Shown here piece after piece: positions 1 through 9,052 of a stretch of 64,000 bases of DNA. Numbering within the stretch: the stretch's first letter is position 1; the number at the start of each line of letters is the position of its first letter. Source of the DNA: Acidobacteriota bacterium (GTDB taxonomy: Bacteria > Acidobacteriota > UBA4820 > DSQY01); NCBI GenBank assembly GCA_040752915.1, contig JBFMHB010000004.1, forward strand, positions 752 through 64,751. The letters run 5' to 3'. Below the pieces are notes generated by a model. It made no database searches, had not been told where the DNA came from, and was given only the letters and a program-made list of their open reading frames with translations. Position numbers and translations under genes: made by a program.

Positions 1-1793
1 GGGAGCACGACCCGGAAGGTGCTGCCCGCGTGCTCCTCTCCCACTGCGTCCACGTGGCGGCTCTCCACCTGGATGGAGCCGCCTGCCTTCTCCACGATTC
101 CGTGACTGATGGACAGCCCGAGCCCGGTTCCCTCGCCGGGCGCCTTGGTGGTGAAGAACGGATCGAAGATCCGCTCCAGGTCCTGCTTCGCGATTCCGTG
201 GCCCGTGTCGCTCACGGAGGTCACCGCCCGGGAGCCCATTCGTCGGGTCTGGATCGTGAGGGTTCCTCCGGACTTCATGGCGGCGCGGGCGTTGGTGATG
301 AGGTTGAGGAACACTTGCTGGAGTCCCTGGGGGTCGCCGCTGACGGGTGGAATCCCTTCCTCCAGGTCGAGGACGCACTGGATCTTCTCGGTCAGGAGCG
401 TGTTGCGCACCATGGCGAGCACCCTGCGCACTTCCTCGTTGAGGTCCGACGTTTCCGCCCTTTGTTCGGGAATCCGGGCGAAGCGTCCCAGGTTTTCGAC
501 GATCTTCTTGCACGCCAGGGCCTGCTTCTCGATGATCTTGAGGTGCTCGTACTCCTGCGATCCCGGAGGGACCTTCTCGAGGAGGAGATCGCAAAACCCG
601 AGAATGATGGCGATGGGGTTGTTGACTTCGTGGGCGACGCCCGCCGCGAGGGTTCCCAGGGAAGCGAGGCGCGAGCTCAGGTTGATCTGGCGCTCCTTTT
701 CTTTCTGGAGCTTGGACCACCAGCGGTCCCTCCGGATCACGGAAACGCTCCCGGCGAGGATGGCCAGGAAGATCGCTGTCTGGACGGTGAACTGGCGGAG
801 GAAAAGGGACCGCACCATGCCCTGGACCTCGCTGGCCGGGGCCACGACGGCCACGGACCAAAAGAGGTCGGGGCGCTCTGGGTCCAGGTGGGCCGCCGTG
901 TATCCGATGAGCTTGTGGACGGGCCCCTTGAGCTGGCGGTGCCACCCGGAAAGGTACTCACCCTTCCCCTCCTGGCCCCGGAGCATGTGGTCCCTCATGA
1001 TCACGTTGATCCCTTCGAAGGCGAGCTTGGGGTTCTTCTCGTGTCGCGCCTTGAAGGCGTTCTTGCCCAGGAAGTCCTTCTCCGGATGGGCGAGGAACGT
1101 GCCCATCTCGTCCAGGACCCACGCGTAGCCGGTCGTTCCCGAGCGGGCGTCGGCCGTGAACCTCGTTGCGAGCGCGGTGGCGTCCACGGTGAATTCAAGG
1201 ACGCCCGCGAAGATGCGCCCCGAAGGGTCGTGAAGGTTGTAACCGCCGAGGGCGTGGTAGTGGGGAACGGCGAGGACCAACCGGGGCCTTCGCCTGTCCA
1301 GGTCGCCTTCCACCGGGAGGCTCGAGGAGATCAGGAGCACCTTGCCCCGGTTCTCGGGTCGGGAGGCCCAGAGGAAGGAGGTCGTCTGGGAGAAGTCCCC
1401 CTTTTCGTGCAGGACCTCGCCCTCGGAAAGAAGGATGTATGCATCCTTCCCCGAGGGGGAGACGAGGCGAATTTCCAGGAGTTCGCCGCTCTGCACGGCG
1501 TCGAAGGTGACCCGCATGCGCCGCTCCCACGTGGCGGAGTGGTCCGACTCGGCGAGGGGCGACTGGTTGAGCGCCATGAGTTCGCGGCGAAGAAAGTCCA
1601 GATCCTGCCGGATGAGGGTGGCCAGATTGCGGGCGAGGACGAGCTGCTGCTCGTTGAACTCCTCGCCCACGACCTGCCTCATCTTGCCGAAGGAGACCAG
1701 GCCCAGAATGAAGGCCGCCACCAGGAGCAGGCCCGCGGCCAGGAGCCCCCAGAGAGGCATGGACCGCCGGCTCCGGAGCCAGGGGGATCTCAT
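1..1793 (-). CDS. Sensor histidine kinase; C-terminus cut by window edge
   Basis: Absent from the ORF track because it has no stop inside the window. My minus-strand translation from ATG 1793 reads MRSPWLRSRRSMPLWGLLAAGLLLVAAF (TM), then a second TM (FTVQTAIFLAILAG). It continues with H-box LGTLAAGVAHEVNNP, N-box QQVFLNLITNA, DTGHGI, GEGTGLGLSISHGIV and ends ...STFRVVL at the edge. The + ORF 30..2096 is its antisense shadow. Its ATG overlaps the upstream TGA (ATGA at 1790-1793). Confidence 0.85.
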   Translation of the reverse strand, partial: MRSPWLRSRRSMPLWGLLAAGLLLVAAFILGLVSFGKMRQVVGEEFNEQQLVLARNLATLIRQDLDFLRRELMALNQSPLAESDHSATWERRMRVTFDAVQSGELLEIRLVSPSGKDAYILLSEGEVLHEKGDFSQTTSFLWASRPENRGKVLLISSSLPVEGDLDRRRPRLVLAVPHYHALGGYNLHDPSGRIFAGVLEFTVDATALATRFTADARSGTTGYAWVLDEMGTFLAHPEKDFLGKNAFKARHEKNPKLAFEGINVIMRDHMLRGQEGKGEYLSGWHRQLKGPVHKLIGYTAAHLDPERPDLFWSVAVVAPASEVQGMVRSLFLRQFTVQTAIFLAILAGSVSVIRRDRWWSKLQKEKERQINLSSRLASLGTLAAGVAHEVNNPIAIILGFCDLLLEKVPPGSQEYEHLKIIEKQALACKKIVENLGRFARIPEQRAETSDLNEEVRRVLAMVRNTLLTEKIQCVLDLEEGIPPVSGDPQGLQQVFLNLITNARAAMKSGGTLTIQTRRMGSRAVTSVSDTGHGIAKQDLERIFDPFFTTKAPGEGTGLGLSISHGIVEKAGGSIQVESRHVDAVGEEHAGSTFRVVL

Positions 1794-4375
1794 GGCGGGG
1801 CCTCCCCCAGTCCGAGCGTGAAGTCACCCTTGGCGAAGGCCTCCGCGGCCCGCTCCACGTCCGAATCGCTCCCGAAGAGCGTGTCCACCTGCCGGGTGAC
1901 CACCAACAGCCGGCCCAGAGCGCGGAGGCGGTGGGCCAGGGATTCGGCGTCCTGGTTTTCGATTCGGGCGAAGAGGGCGTCTCCCCGCCGGGAGGATCTC
2001 CAGCCGTCCCTTCTCAGGACGCGCTCGATGAAGTCCACGCGCCGCGACCTGCCTCGGAGGTCGGCGGCGCCCCCGTGGAAGAGGAGGCTCGCGTAGTTCT
2101 CGTGCACGTTGTCGGTGGAGCACGCGTCCACCCGGGAAAAGTGGTATCCCAGCCGGAAGTTCATGTTGAGGTACACGTCGGAGACGAGCACGTAGTTGGG
2201 TTCGGCCATCTGGCGGGCCACGTCCCCGGAGGTCATGGCGGTCATCATCAAGGAAGCCACGTCCCGTCCGGAGGCGGCAGGGGCCTTGTCCCACGGGACC
2301 TCGATCATCCCCGGCCAGAGGTGGAGGAGCGGCCTGCAGCGGAAGTGCTCCGGGCGCAGTTCCCTTTCCCCCGCGGGCATTTCCAGGCCGCCGCCGAGAT
2401 CCAGGAAGTAAAAGGATACGGGGAGGGGACTCGCCAGCCTCAGCGCGCCTCCCGACTCCTTTCCGAAGCTCCCTCCCGCGAGGAACATCTCTTCCATGGC
2501 CCGTTCGTGGGCGTATCTCAAAATGTCGTGGAGCGTCTGGCACCCGGCGGCCTTGAAGTTCCTGCCTCGGACGTCCGTCAGATTCAGGGGGGTCAGGAGA
2601 GCGAGGATGGCCCGCAGCCGCCGGAAGAGCGGAGTGTCCTGGGTTCCCTCGGCGCGCCTTCGGGCCGCGCTCTCCAGAAGGGCGTCCACGCGCCCCGGGT
2701 ACACGTTGCCCAACTCCGCGTCCACGGTCACCACGGTCCCGGCGTTCAGAGAAGCCAGGGCTCCTCGGACGCCGAAGAGCGCCGGAACTCCGAATTCTCG
2801 GGCCACCGTGGCGAGGTGGCTCGTCGTGGACCCCACTTCCGTGACGAGGGCCGCGGCCCGGTCCATGGCTTCGGCCAGCCTGGGTTCCGCCGCCCGGGCC
2901 ACGAGAACCGCCCCCGGGGGGACCGAGGTGGGAGAGTCGCCATCTTCAAGAAGGAACACCGGGCCCGAGCCCACGCCCCGTGAGACCACGGTCCCCTCCG
3001 AGAGGAGGGGCGTCAGGCCCTTTCTTTGGGCGAGCACCTCCGCCCGCCCGGCGGCTTCTCCGGAGACTCTCAGAGGCCTCGACTGGAGAATGACGATCCG
3101 CTCCTCCGCGTCGAGGGCCCACTCCACGTCCTGGGCCCTTCCGAAATAGGCTTCCAGAGCGGCGCCGAAACCGGCCAGCGCCGACACCTGGGCCGGCGTC
3201 AGGCACGGCTGGTCCCTCATCCAGCCAGGGACCTCCACATCCACGAGCCCCCGGCTCTCCCGGCAGAGGAGCATCCGGTCCTTGGGCGCCACCCGGGAAC
3301 GGAGGAGAGGGTGTCCCGCGCCCCGGCCCACCGTGAACACGTCCGGGGTCAGCCGCCCGTCCACCGTGGAGGGACCGAGGCCCCAGCTTCCTGCCAGGAC
3401 CATGGACTCCTCGGAGGGGTCGTCCGGAGGGCGGGTGTAGAGGACCCCGCTGGCCCGCGCGTCCACCATGGCGACCACGCAGACGGCCATGGGCAGGAGG
3501 TCTCCGCCGGCGCCCCTGGCCTTGTAGTACACAAGGGCGCGAGGTCCGAACTGGCTGGCAAGGACTTCGCGGCAGGCCTCGAGGATGTGTTCCCGGTCCA
3601 CGTTCAGGATCGAGGCGTACTGGCCGGCGAAGCTGAAATCGCCGTCCTCTCCGACGGCGCTGGATCGCGCTGACACCAGGAGGCCGCGCTTTCCCGTTCG
3701 GGCCTCCAGGGCGTCAAAGGCCGAGAGGATCTTGTCGGCGAGATCTCTCGGCCATGGGGTTCCCAGAACGGCCGCGCGCAGCGCCTCGCTCGTTCGGAGG
3801 AGGCCCTCCTGGTTCGCCAGAGGGAGGTCCTCCACGGCGGCCCGTACCTTCGGGAAGATCCCGCCCTGTTCGAGAAAATCCCGGCACGCCCGGCTCGTGA
3901 TGGAAAAACCGTCGGGCGCCGGCACGCCCGCCCGGGTCCTCAGCACGGCCAGCCTCCAAGCCTTGGCCCCAACGAGGTCCACGGGGGCGTCCGCCGCCTC
4001 CGAGAGGGAAAGCACGCGGGGGCCGTCCGGAATGCGCACGGTGGGGGCGGTCTCCTCGGCGAGCTTGGTTTCCAGCTCGGCGAGGGCTCCGCGGAGGCGG
4101 CGCTCGCGGCCCCCCGAGAGGGCGTCAAGGGCCTCCACCACCTCCCGGCCTCGGGCCAGGGCGTTGGCGGTGGCGTCCCTCAGGTACTTGGCGTCGAAGA
4201 GAAACTCGCCCCCCGCCTTGGACTGCAGGTCGGCCAGGACTTCCAGGGCCGCGTTGTTGGCCGAGGCGAGCTTCCGGTAGGCTTCGTACTTCCTCAGGAA
4301 CCGGCCGCGGGCGTCCTCGGAGCCGCCGTCCGAGCGCCCCGCGAGCAGGTTTCGGAGGAAGGAGGGCAGAGTCAT
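1790..4375 (-). CDS. PEP-utilizing (PpsA/PPDK-like) dikinase paralog 2 with non-canonical C-terminal domain
   Basis: 861 aa ORF. It has a PPDK_N ATP-grasp signature (ARSSAVGEDGDFSFAGQYASILNV) and a swivelling phospho-His domain (GSTTSHLATVAREFGVPALFG). Its C-terminal ~300 aa are shared with the upstream paralog but do not resemble a PEP/pyruvate TIM barrel by eye. Confidence 0.8.
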   Translation of the reverse strand: MTLPSFLRNLLAGRSDGGSEDARGRFLRKYEAYRKLASANNAALEVLADLQSKAGGEFLFDAKYLRDATANALARGREVVEALDALSGGRERRLRGALAELETKLAEETAPTVRIPDGPRVLSLSEAADAPVDLVGAKAWRLAVLRTRAGVPAPDGFSITSRACRDFLEQGGIFPKVRAAVEDLPLANQEGLLRTSEALRAAVLGTPWPRDLADKILSAFDALEARTGKRGLLVSARSSAVGEDGDFSFAGQYASILNVDREHILEACREVLASQFGPRALVYYKARGAGGDLLPMAVCVVAMVDARASGVLYTRPPDDPSEESMVLAGSWGLGPSTVDGRLTPDVFTVGRGAGHPLLRSRVAPKDRMLLCRESRGLVDVEVPGWMRDQPCLTPAQVSALAGFGAALEAYFGRAQDVEWALDAEERIVILQSRPLRVSGEAAGRAEVLAQRKGLTPLLSEGTVVSRGVGSGPVFLLEDGDSPTSVPPGAVLVARAAEPRLAEAMDRAAALVTEVGSTTSHLATVAREFGVPALFGVRGALASLNAGTVVTVDAELGNVYPGRVDALLESAARRRAEGTQDTPLFRRLRAILALLTPLNLTDVRGRNFKAAGCQTLHDILRYAHERAMEEMFLAGGSFGKESGGALRLASPLPVSFYFLDLGGGLEMPAGERELRPEHFRCRPLLHLWPGMIEVPWDKAPAASGRDVASLMMTAMTSGDVARQMAEPNYVLVSDVYLNMNFRLGYHFSRVDACSTDNVHENYASLLFHGGAADLRGRSRRVDFIERVLRRDGWRSSRRGDALFARIENQDAESLAHRLRALGRLLVVTRQVDTLFGSDSDVERAAEAFAKGDFTLGLGEAPP

Positions 4376-7005
4376 GGGGCGGTCTCCGGCGCCGTGCGGG
4401 GTGGGCTCTGCGGTTCAAAGAGAAAGTTCCCTTCGAAGAAGGCGTCGGCGTACCAACCCACCGCCGCCGAGGGCCCCATCCGCATGTCCAGCTGTCGGGT
4501 GGCCACCACCAGCCGGCCCAGCTGGCCGAGACGGTCGAGGATGGTCTCCTTCGGGAACTTCCTCAGCCGGGCGTTGATGAGATCGCCCCCGCGCTCGATC
4601 TGAAAATCCAGCCGCCTGAGGATCTCGCCGATGAGTTCGCAGCGCTTGGCGCGTCGCAGGTCGTCCGCCGCGCCTCCCTTGAAGCGGAAGGACACGTAGT
4701 TCCGGTTGAGCATGTCGGAGCAGAAGGCATCCACGGCAGTGAAGTGGTAGCCGATCCGGGAGCTGAAGTTGCAGTAGGACTCGGCGACGATGGCGTAGCT
4801 CTTGTCCCCAAGCCGGCGCTCGGCGGTGTCGTGGGTCGGGGTGAAGAGAGACTCGGTGGCCACGGACAGGAAGCCGGCCAGGGAGATGCCTTTGGGTTCC
4901 CACCAGCGCAAACGCGGGTCGCTCATGCCCGAGAGAAGGGCGCGCATGGGCTCCGAACGGAGGTCCCCCGGCGAAATCTCGGATCGGCCGGGGGGGCTGT
5001 TCAAGCCCCCGCCGATGTCGATGAGGTACAGTTCGAAGGGAAGGCGCTCCCGCAACCGCACGGACCGGTAATCCGCGTCGGAGACGCGGTCGCTCATGCG
5101 GAACATCTCCTCGAAGGCCTTCTCGTGAACGAAGCGCACCATGTCGTGGAAGGTGCGGCATGCACCTTGCCGGAAATCGGGGCTTCTCGGGTCCGTGAGG
5201 TGGAGGGGGACGATGTGGCGGCAAACCTCCACCAGGACCTGGTGGACGGGGGTGCCCTTCATGGACCGTTTGGGCTGGGCGGGCTTCTCGGCCACGATGG
5301 ACTCGATCCGGCCGTCGTAAACCGCGCCGCGGCTGGCGTCCACCGTCACCACCTGGCCCGCCTCCAGACGCGTGGTCGCCTCCCGCGTGTCGAGGACCGC
5401 CGGCACGCCGAATTCCCTTGCGAGGGAGGCCATGTGGCCCGTGGTCGCCCCCACGTCGGTCACGATGGCCGCGACCCGCCCCATGACCTTCACGATCTGG
5501 GGAGAGGAGTGGCGCGCCACCACCACGGAGCCGTCGGGCACGAAGGCGAGGTCCTCGATGCCGTTGAGCCGGAAGACCGGGCCGGATGCGACCCCGTTGG
5601 AGGCGGACGCCCCCGTGAGGAGCAGGCGATGGCCCTCGATCTCGGCCGGGGGAAGCCGGGAGGAGTCCTCGGAAAACCGGGAGAGTCGGAGGGGGCGGCA
5701 CTGGAGGATGGTGAAACGGCCGAGCTTGTCGAGGGCCCACTCCATTTCCTGGGGCCGGCCATAGTGCTTCTCCGCGGCCACCACGATGTAGGCGAGATCC
5801 CGGACTTGCCGCTCCGTCAGGCAGTAGGCCCCCCCCACGGCGGGGGCCAGGGCCACGGGTCCGATCCCGCCCTCGTCGAGGGGCTCCACGCTGGTCTCCT
5901 TGGTCCCGAGGCGGGCCTCCACCAAGGGCATGTCCGCGTCCTTGGACACCTCCCAGAAGTCCGGGCTCACGGATCCCCCCACCGTCCCCACGCCCAGCCC
6001 CCAGGCCCCGTTGATGACCAGGGTGCCCGAATCGGGACGGTTCGGGTTGACCGAGCAGGCGACTCCGCTGGCGGCGGCATCCACCATGGCGATGCACGCC
6101 ACGCCCATGGGGATGTCTTCGTCGGGGATCCCGTGGACGCTCCGGTAGAAAATGGCCCGGGGGGTGTACAGGCCCGCGAGGACCTCCTTGTAGGCGGCCA
6201 GGAGGTGATCCCGATCCACGTTGAGGAGGCTGGAGTACTGTCCCGCGAAGGAGATGTCCCCGTCCTCCCCCACGGCGCTCGATCGGACGGACACCCGGGC
6301 CGAGCGCCCGAGGGTGTCGCACAACCGTCGGTAGGCGGCGAGGATGGCGCGCTCCACCTCCGGGGGGACGAATCCGGCCTGGAACTGCTCCTTGACGGCC
6401 TCGCTCGCCTCCCGGAGGCTGTCCAGGTCGTCCAGGTCCACGTTGACCAGTCGGGAGCGGATCTCCTCCGTCAGCTGGTTGGCCTCCAGAAACTGCCGGA
6501 AGGCGTCGGTGGTGATGGCGAAGCCATCGGGCACGGGCAGCTTGACGCGGTTCCGGATCTCCCCGAGGTTGGCGCTCTTGCCCCCCACCCGGTCGTGCAT
6601 GGAGGCGTCCACCTCCGACAGGTCCAGGACCCACGGACCCTCCGGGCTCGCGCGGCGGCGGCTCTTTTCCAGGACTTCCTCGATGGCCTTCTGCACCGTG
6701 GAAAAGGTGACGGGGAGTTCCTGGAACCGCCGTCCCGACAGCTTGTTCAGGTTGGCGATCATCCGGTAGGTGTGGGTCGCGGCCGTGACGCACCGGAACC
6801 GGATATAGGTCATGCCGAAGTAGGTCTCGCCCTGGAGCTTCTCCTCCAGGTCGGAGATGATTTCGAGGACTTCGTCGTTGGAAGTGATGAGATCCTTGAA
6901 CGTGAGGTAATTGAGCGTGAGGTGGGCGCGGGTGTCCCGGTGCGCCTCGATGGGGCGCCAGCGTTTTCCAAAGAGAATGCCCTTCCCGAAGGACAGAAGG
7001 CCCAC
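4372..7005 (-). CDS. PEP-utilizing (PpsA/PPDK-like) dikinase paralog 1 with non-canonical C-terminal domain
   Basis: 877 aa ORF with VRSSAVGEDGDISFAGQYSSLLNV and GATTGHMASLAREFGVPAVL. ATGA overlap with the downstream paralog at 4372-4375. Confidence 0.8.
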   Translation of the reverse strand: MGLLSFGKGILFGKRWRPIEAHRDTRAHLTLNYLTFKDLITSNDEVLEIISDLEEKLQGETYFGMTYIRFRCVTAATHTYRMIANLNKLSGRRFQELPVTFSTVQKAIEEVLEKSRRRASPEGPWVLDLSEVDASMHDRVGGKSANLGEIRNRVKLPVPDGFAITTDAFRQFLEANQLTEEIRSRLVNVDLDDLDSLREASEAVKEQFQAGFVPPEVERAILAAYRRLCDTLGRSARVSVRSSAVGEDGDISFAGQYSSLLNVDRDHLLAAYKEVLAGLYTPRAIFYRSVHGIPDEDIPMGVACIAMVDAAASGVACSVNPNRPDSGTLVINGAWGLGVGTVGGSVSPDFWEVSKDADMPLVEARLGTKETSVEPLDEGGIGPVALAPAVGGAYCLTERQVRDLAYIVVAAEKHYGRPQEMEWALDKLGRFTILQCRPLRLSRFSEDSSRLPPAEIEGHRLLLTGASASNGVASGPVFRLNGIEDLAFVPDGSVVVARHSSPQIVKVMGRVAAIVTDVGATTGHMASLAREFGVPAVLDTREATTRLEAGQVVTVDASRGAVYDGRIESIVAEKPAQPKRSMKGTPVHQVLVEVCRHIVPLHLTDPRSPDFRQGACRTFHDMVRFVHEKAFEEMFRMSDRVSDADYRSVRLRERLPFELYLIDIGGGLNSPPGRSEISPGDLRSEPMRALLSGMSDPRLRWWEPKGISLAGFLSVATESLFTPTHDTAERRLGDKSYAIVAESYCNFSSRIGYHFTAVDAFCSDMLNRNYVSFRFKGGAADDLRRAKRCELIGEILRRLDFQIERGGDLINARLRKFPKETILDRLGQLGRLVVATRQLDMRMGPSAAVGWYADAFFEGNFLFEPQSPPRTAPETAP

Positions 7006-7036
7006 GTCCGCTCCTTACCCGGTACGATTCGGGGCG

Positions 7037-7453
7037 TCAGCGCCCCCTGGCACCCTTTTCCTCCCGACTGCGCGCCTCTTCCGCGCCCTTCTTCTCGAAG
7101 GCCTCTTCCACCTTGGCCAGCACATCCTCCAGATCGGCCGGCTTGAGCAGGTAGTCCATGGCGCCCAGGCGCATCCCCTCGATGGCGGCGTTGATGGAGG
7201 CGTTTCCGGAGAGGAGGACCACCTGCACGAGGGGCTGGATCTTCTTGATCTCGCGCAAGGTCGCAATGCCGTCCATACCGGGCATCCTCACGTCCAGAAG
7301 GACCACGTCGAAGGGCCGGCTTTCCAGCACCGCGATGGCTTCTTTGCCCGAGTGGACGCCCTCGACGTAGAGACCTCGGGCCGTGAGCCGCTTGGAAAGC
7401 GTTTCCACGTAGCGCGACTCGTCATCCACGAGAAGCAGCCTGATGACCCGCAT
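7037..7453 (-). CDS. CheY-like single-domain response regulator
   Basis: 138 aa. MRVIRLLLVDDE ... DVVLLDVRMPGMDG ... LSG ... MDYLLKP gives a classic receiver acidic pocket, phospho-Asp and conserved K. Confidence 0.9.
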   Translation of the reverse strand: MRVIRLLLVDDESRYVETLSKRLTARGLYVEGVHSGKEAIAVLESRPFDVVLLDVRMPGMDGIATLREIKKIQPLVQVVLLSGNASINAAIEGMRLGAMDYLLKPADLEDVLAKVEEAFEKKGAEEARSREEKGARGR

Positions 7454-8498
7454 CGGTCCCTCCGGTCATGGCCAGCGCACCGGGAGATTCCCGGGCCGCG
7501 GGCAGGGTCACGTGAAAGGTGGTGCCCTCTCCCAGCCGGCTTTCCACCTCGATGGTTCCCCCGAGTTTCTTGACAATGTAAGAGCTGATGGACAATCCCA
7601 AACCGGTACCCCGGTCGCCGGGCTTGGTTGTGAAGAACGGTTCGAAGATCCGGGCGAGGTTCCCCTCCGGGATTCCTGTCCCGGTGTCGGAAACGCTCAC
7701 GCGGGCCGACTCACCCAGCCGAACGGTGGCCAGCGTGAGGGTCCCGCCGCGCCCCCGCATGGAATCCAGGGCGTTCTTGGTGAGGTTGAGAAAGACCTGC
7801 CGCAGTTCGGCCACGCTCCCCGCCACGTTGGGAAGGTCCGCCGCGAAGCGCCGGACGACCTGGACACGCACCTCGGCCATGTCGCTTTCGAGAAGATAAA
7901 GGGTCTTGGTGAGCAGTTCGTTCAGGTCCACCCTGCCGCCGGCACCTTCGGTCTCCCGGGCCCAGTTCAGGATGCGACGGGAGATCTCCCTTCCCCTGCG
8001 GATCTGGGCCTGGATCTGCTCCACCGAGTTGGCCATTTCCCTGCGGACCGCGGCCTCGTCCGATCCGCCCGCCCCCCCCAGAAGGTCCGAGAGCCATCCG
8101 GCCTCCTCGTTCAAGATCGCCAGGGGATTGTTGAGGTCGTGGGCGATGCTCGAGGACACCTCCCCGAGGGAGGACACCTTGGACAGCCGTGTCAGCTCTT
8201 CGAAGAAGGCATCCCTCTGGTCCTCGATCTCCGACAGCTTGCGGGAAAGGCGATCGACGGCGAGCGCCCCCATGATGGCGGAGGCCGCCACCCCCGAAGC
8301 GGCGAGGGAGAGGACCAGCCAGGACGCCGCCGGGGTCCGTTTCAGGGCCAGAGCGGTCAAGAGAAGAAGAAACAGGGAAGAGGTGAGCGTCAGGGCCAGG
8401 ACAAGCCTGCGTACTCCAGGACGGATGACCGAACCCGCCCGGAGCACCCGCCCGCGGATGGCCTTCGGCTCCTTGTCCATGGCCCCCTCCGACACCAT
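7422..8498 (-). CDS. Membrane sensor histidine kinase
   Basis: 358 aa with two TM segments. H-box SSIAHDLNNPLAIL, N-box FLNLTKNALDS, DTGTGI, GTGLGLSISSYIV. Its 3' end overlaps the response regulator start by 32 nt. Confidence 0.9.
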   Translation of the reverse strand: MVSEGAMDKEPKAIRGRVLRAGSVIRPGVRRLVLALTLTSSLFLLLLTALALKRTPAASWLVLSLAASGVAASAIMGALAVDRLSRKLSEIEDQRDAFFEELTRLSKVSSLGEVSSSIAHDLNNPLAILNEEAGWLSDLLGGAGGSDEAAVRREMANSVEQIQAQIRRGREISRRILNWARETEGAGGRVDLNELLTKTLYLLESDMAEVRVQVVRRFAADLPNVAGSVAELRQVFLNLTKNALDSMRGRGGTLTLATVRLGESARVSVSDTGTGIPEGNLARIFEPFFTTKPGDRGTGLGLSISSYIVKKLGGTIEVESRLGEGTTFHVTLPAARESPGALAMTGGTDAGHQAASRG

Positions 8499-8742
8499 CC
8501 TATCACGCTCCCTACCGGTTCAAGATGAAACGAGGGCCGTGGGGATGCAAGGGAACGGGCATGGGTCATAAAGATACGGAAAGTTGGCCAATCAAGTGGG
8601 TAAAATGCCGTATTTGGCCATCGCCTTCCGTACTCTCCGTGGAATTCGTGAGGGCTTCAGCCTCTATACTCCTTGCGGCAGGAGGTCCCCGCGCGAAGAA
8701 TCGTGAGGGTTGGCGGGGGTCAAATGGACGGGGGAGGTGCGC

Positions 8743-9048
8743 ATGGGTGCAAGAGGATGGATCCTGAGGGCCCGGGTGGTGGCCATCGGCGCGGTTCTCA
8801 CCGCGATGCCGACGTGGCTGCTGGCCGGAGGCGGCGAAAAGCAGGGGAAGCTCGTTCATGTGGCCGACACCCGAAACCTGAAGGGGATCAACCTGTACTT
8901 CGCCGATCTGTACAACACCAACCGCTTCCTCTTCACCCTCGAGGTCGTGGCCATCACCGCCCTTATGGGCCTGGTCCTGGGCCTGGTCATGGACTGGGTG
9001 GTGGGGCGGATCGGGTTGGACCTCAGCAAGCGAGAAGGGAAGGAGTAG
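8743..9048 (+). CDS. Small membrane protein of unknown function, co-oriented with the TauE/SafE permease
   Basis: Frame of track ORF 8710..9048. I prefer ATG 8743, which is preceded by GGAGG at 8733-8737. It has an N-terminal signal/TM (VVAIGAVLTAMPTWLLAGG) and a C-terminal TM (FTLEVVAITALMGLVLGLVMDWVVG). Confidence 0.55.
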   Translation: MGARGWILRARVVAIGAVLTAMPTWLLAGGGEKQGKLVHVADTRNLKGINLYFADLYNTNRFLFTLEVVAITALMGLVLGLVMDWVVGRIGLDLSKREGKE

Positions 9049-9052
9049 GGCC

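Noticed and set aside
30-2096. 688 aa + strand ORF (with nested ORFs 109..1128 and 1342..1821) covering the start of the window
   Set aside because: This is an antisense shadow of the minus-strand histidine kinase. The translation is low-complexity (G/E/D/R/H-rich) with no motifs, whereas the opposite strand gives clean HK boxes. The same logic rejects other long shadow ORFs: 4744..7146 +, 4415..6793 -, 11022..13478 -, 15914..18277 -, 18235..19383 -, 19332..20738 -, 20530..22173 -, 22692..24305 -, 25405..28245 -, 29219..30460 -, 30409..32163 -, 36497..40108 -, 40160..41410 -, 48208..50415 +, 48464..50239 -, 50493..52262 +, 52189..53805 +, 53802..56753 +, 58310..59665 +, 60000..61922 +, 61915..63795 + and 62570..63778 -.
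8590-8640. Inverted repeat TTGGCCAAT-N-ATTTGGCCA in the divergent promoter region, considered as a sigma54 -24/-12 promoter or operator
   Set aside because: It does not fit TGGCAC-N5-TTGCW. A single occurrence cannot be distinguished from chance without comparative data.
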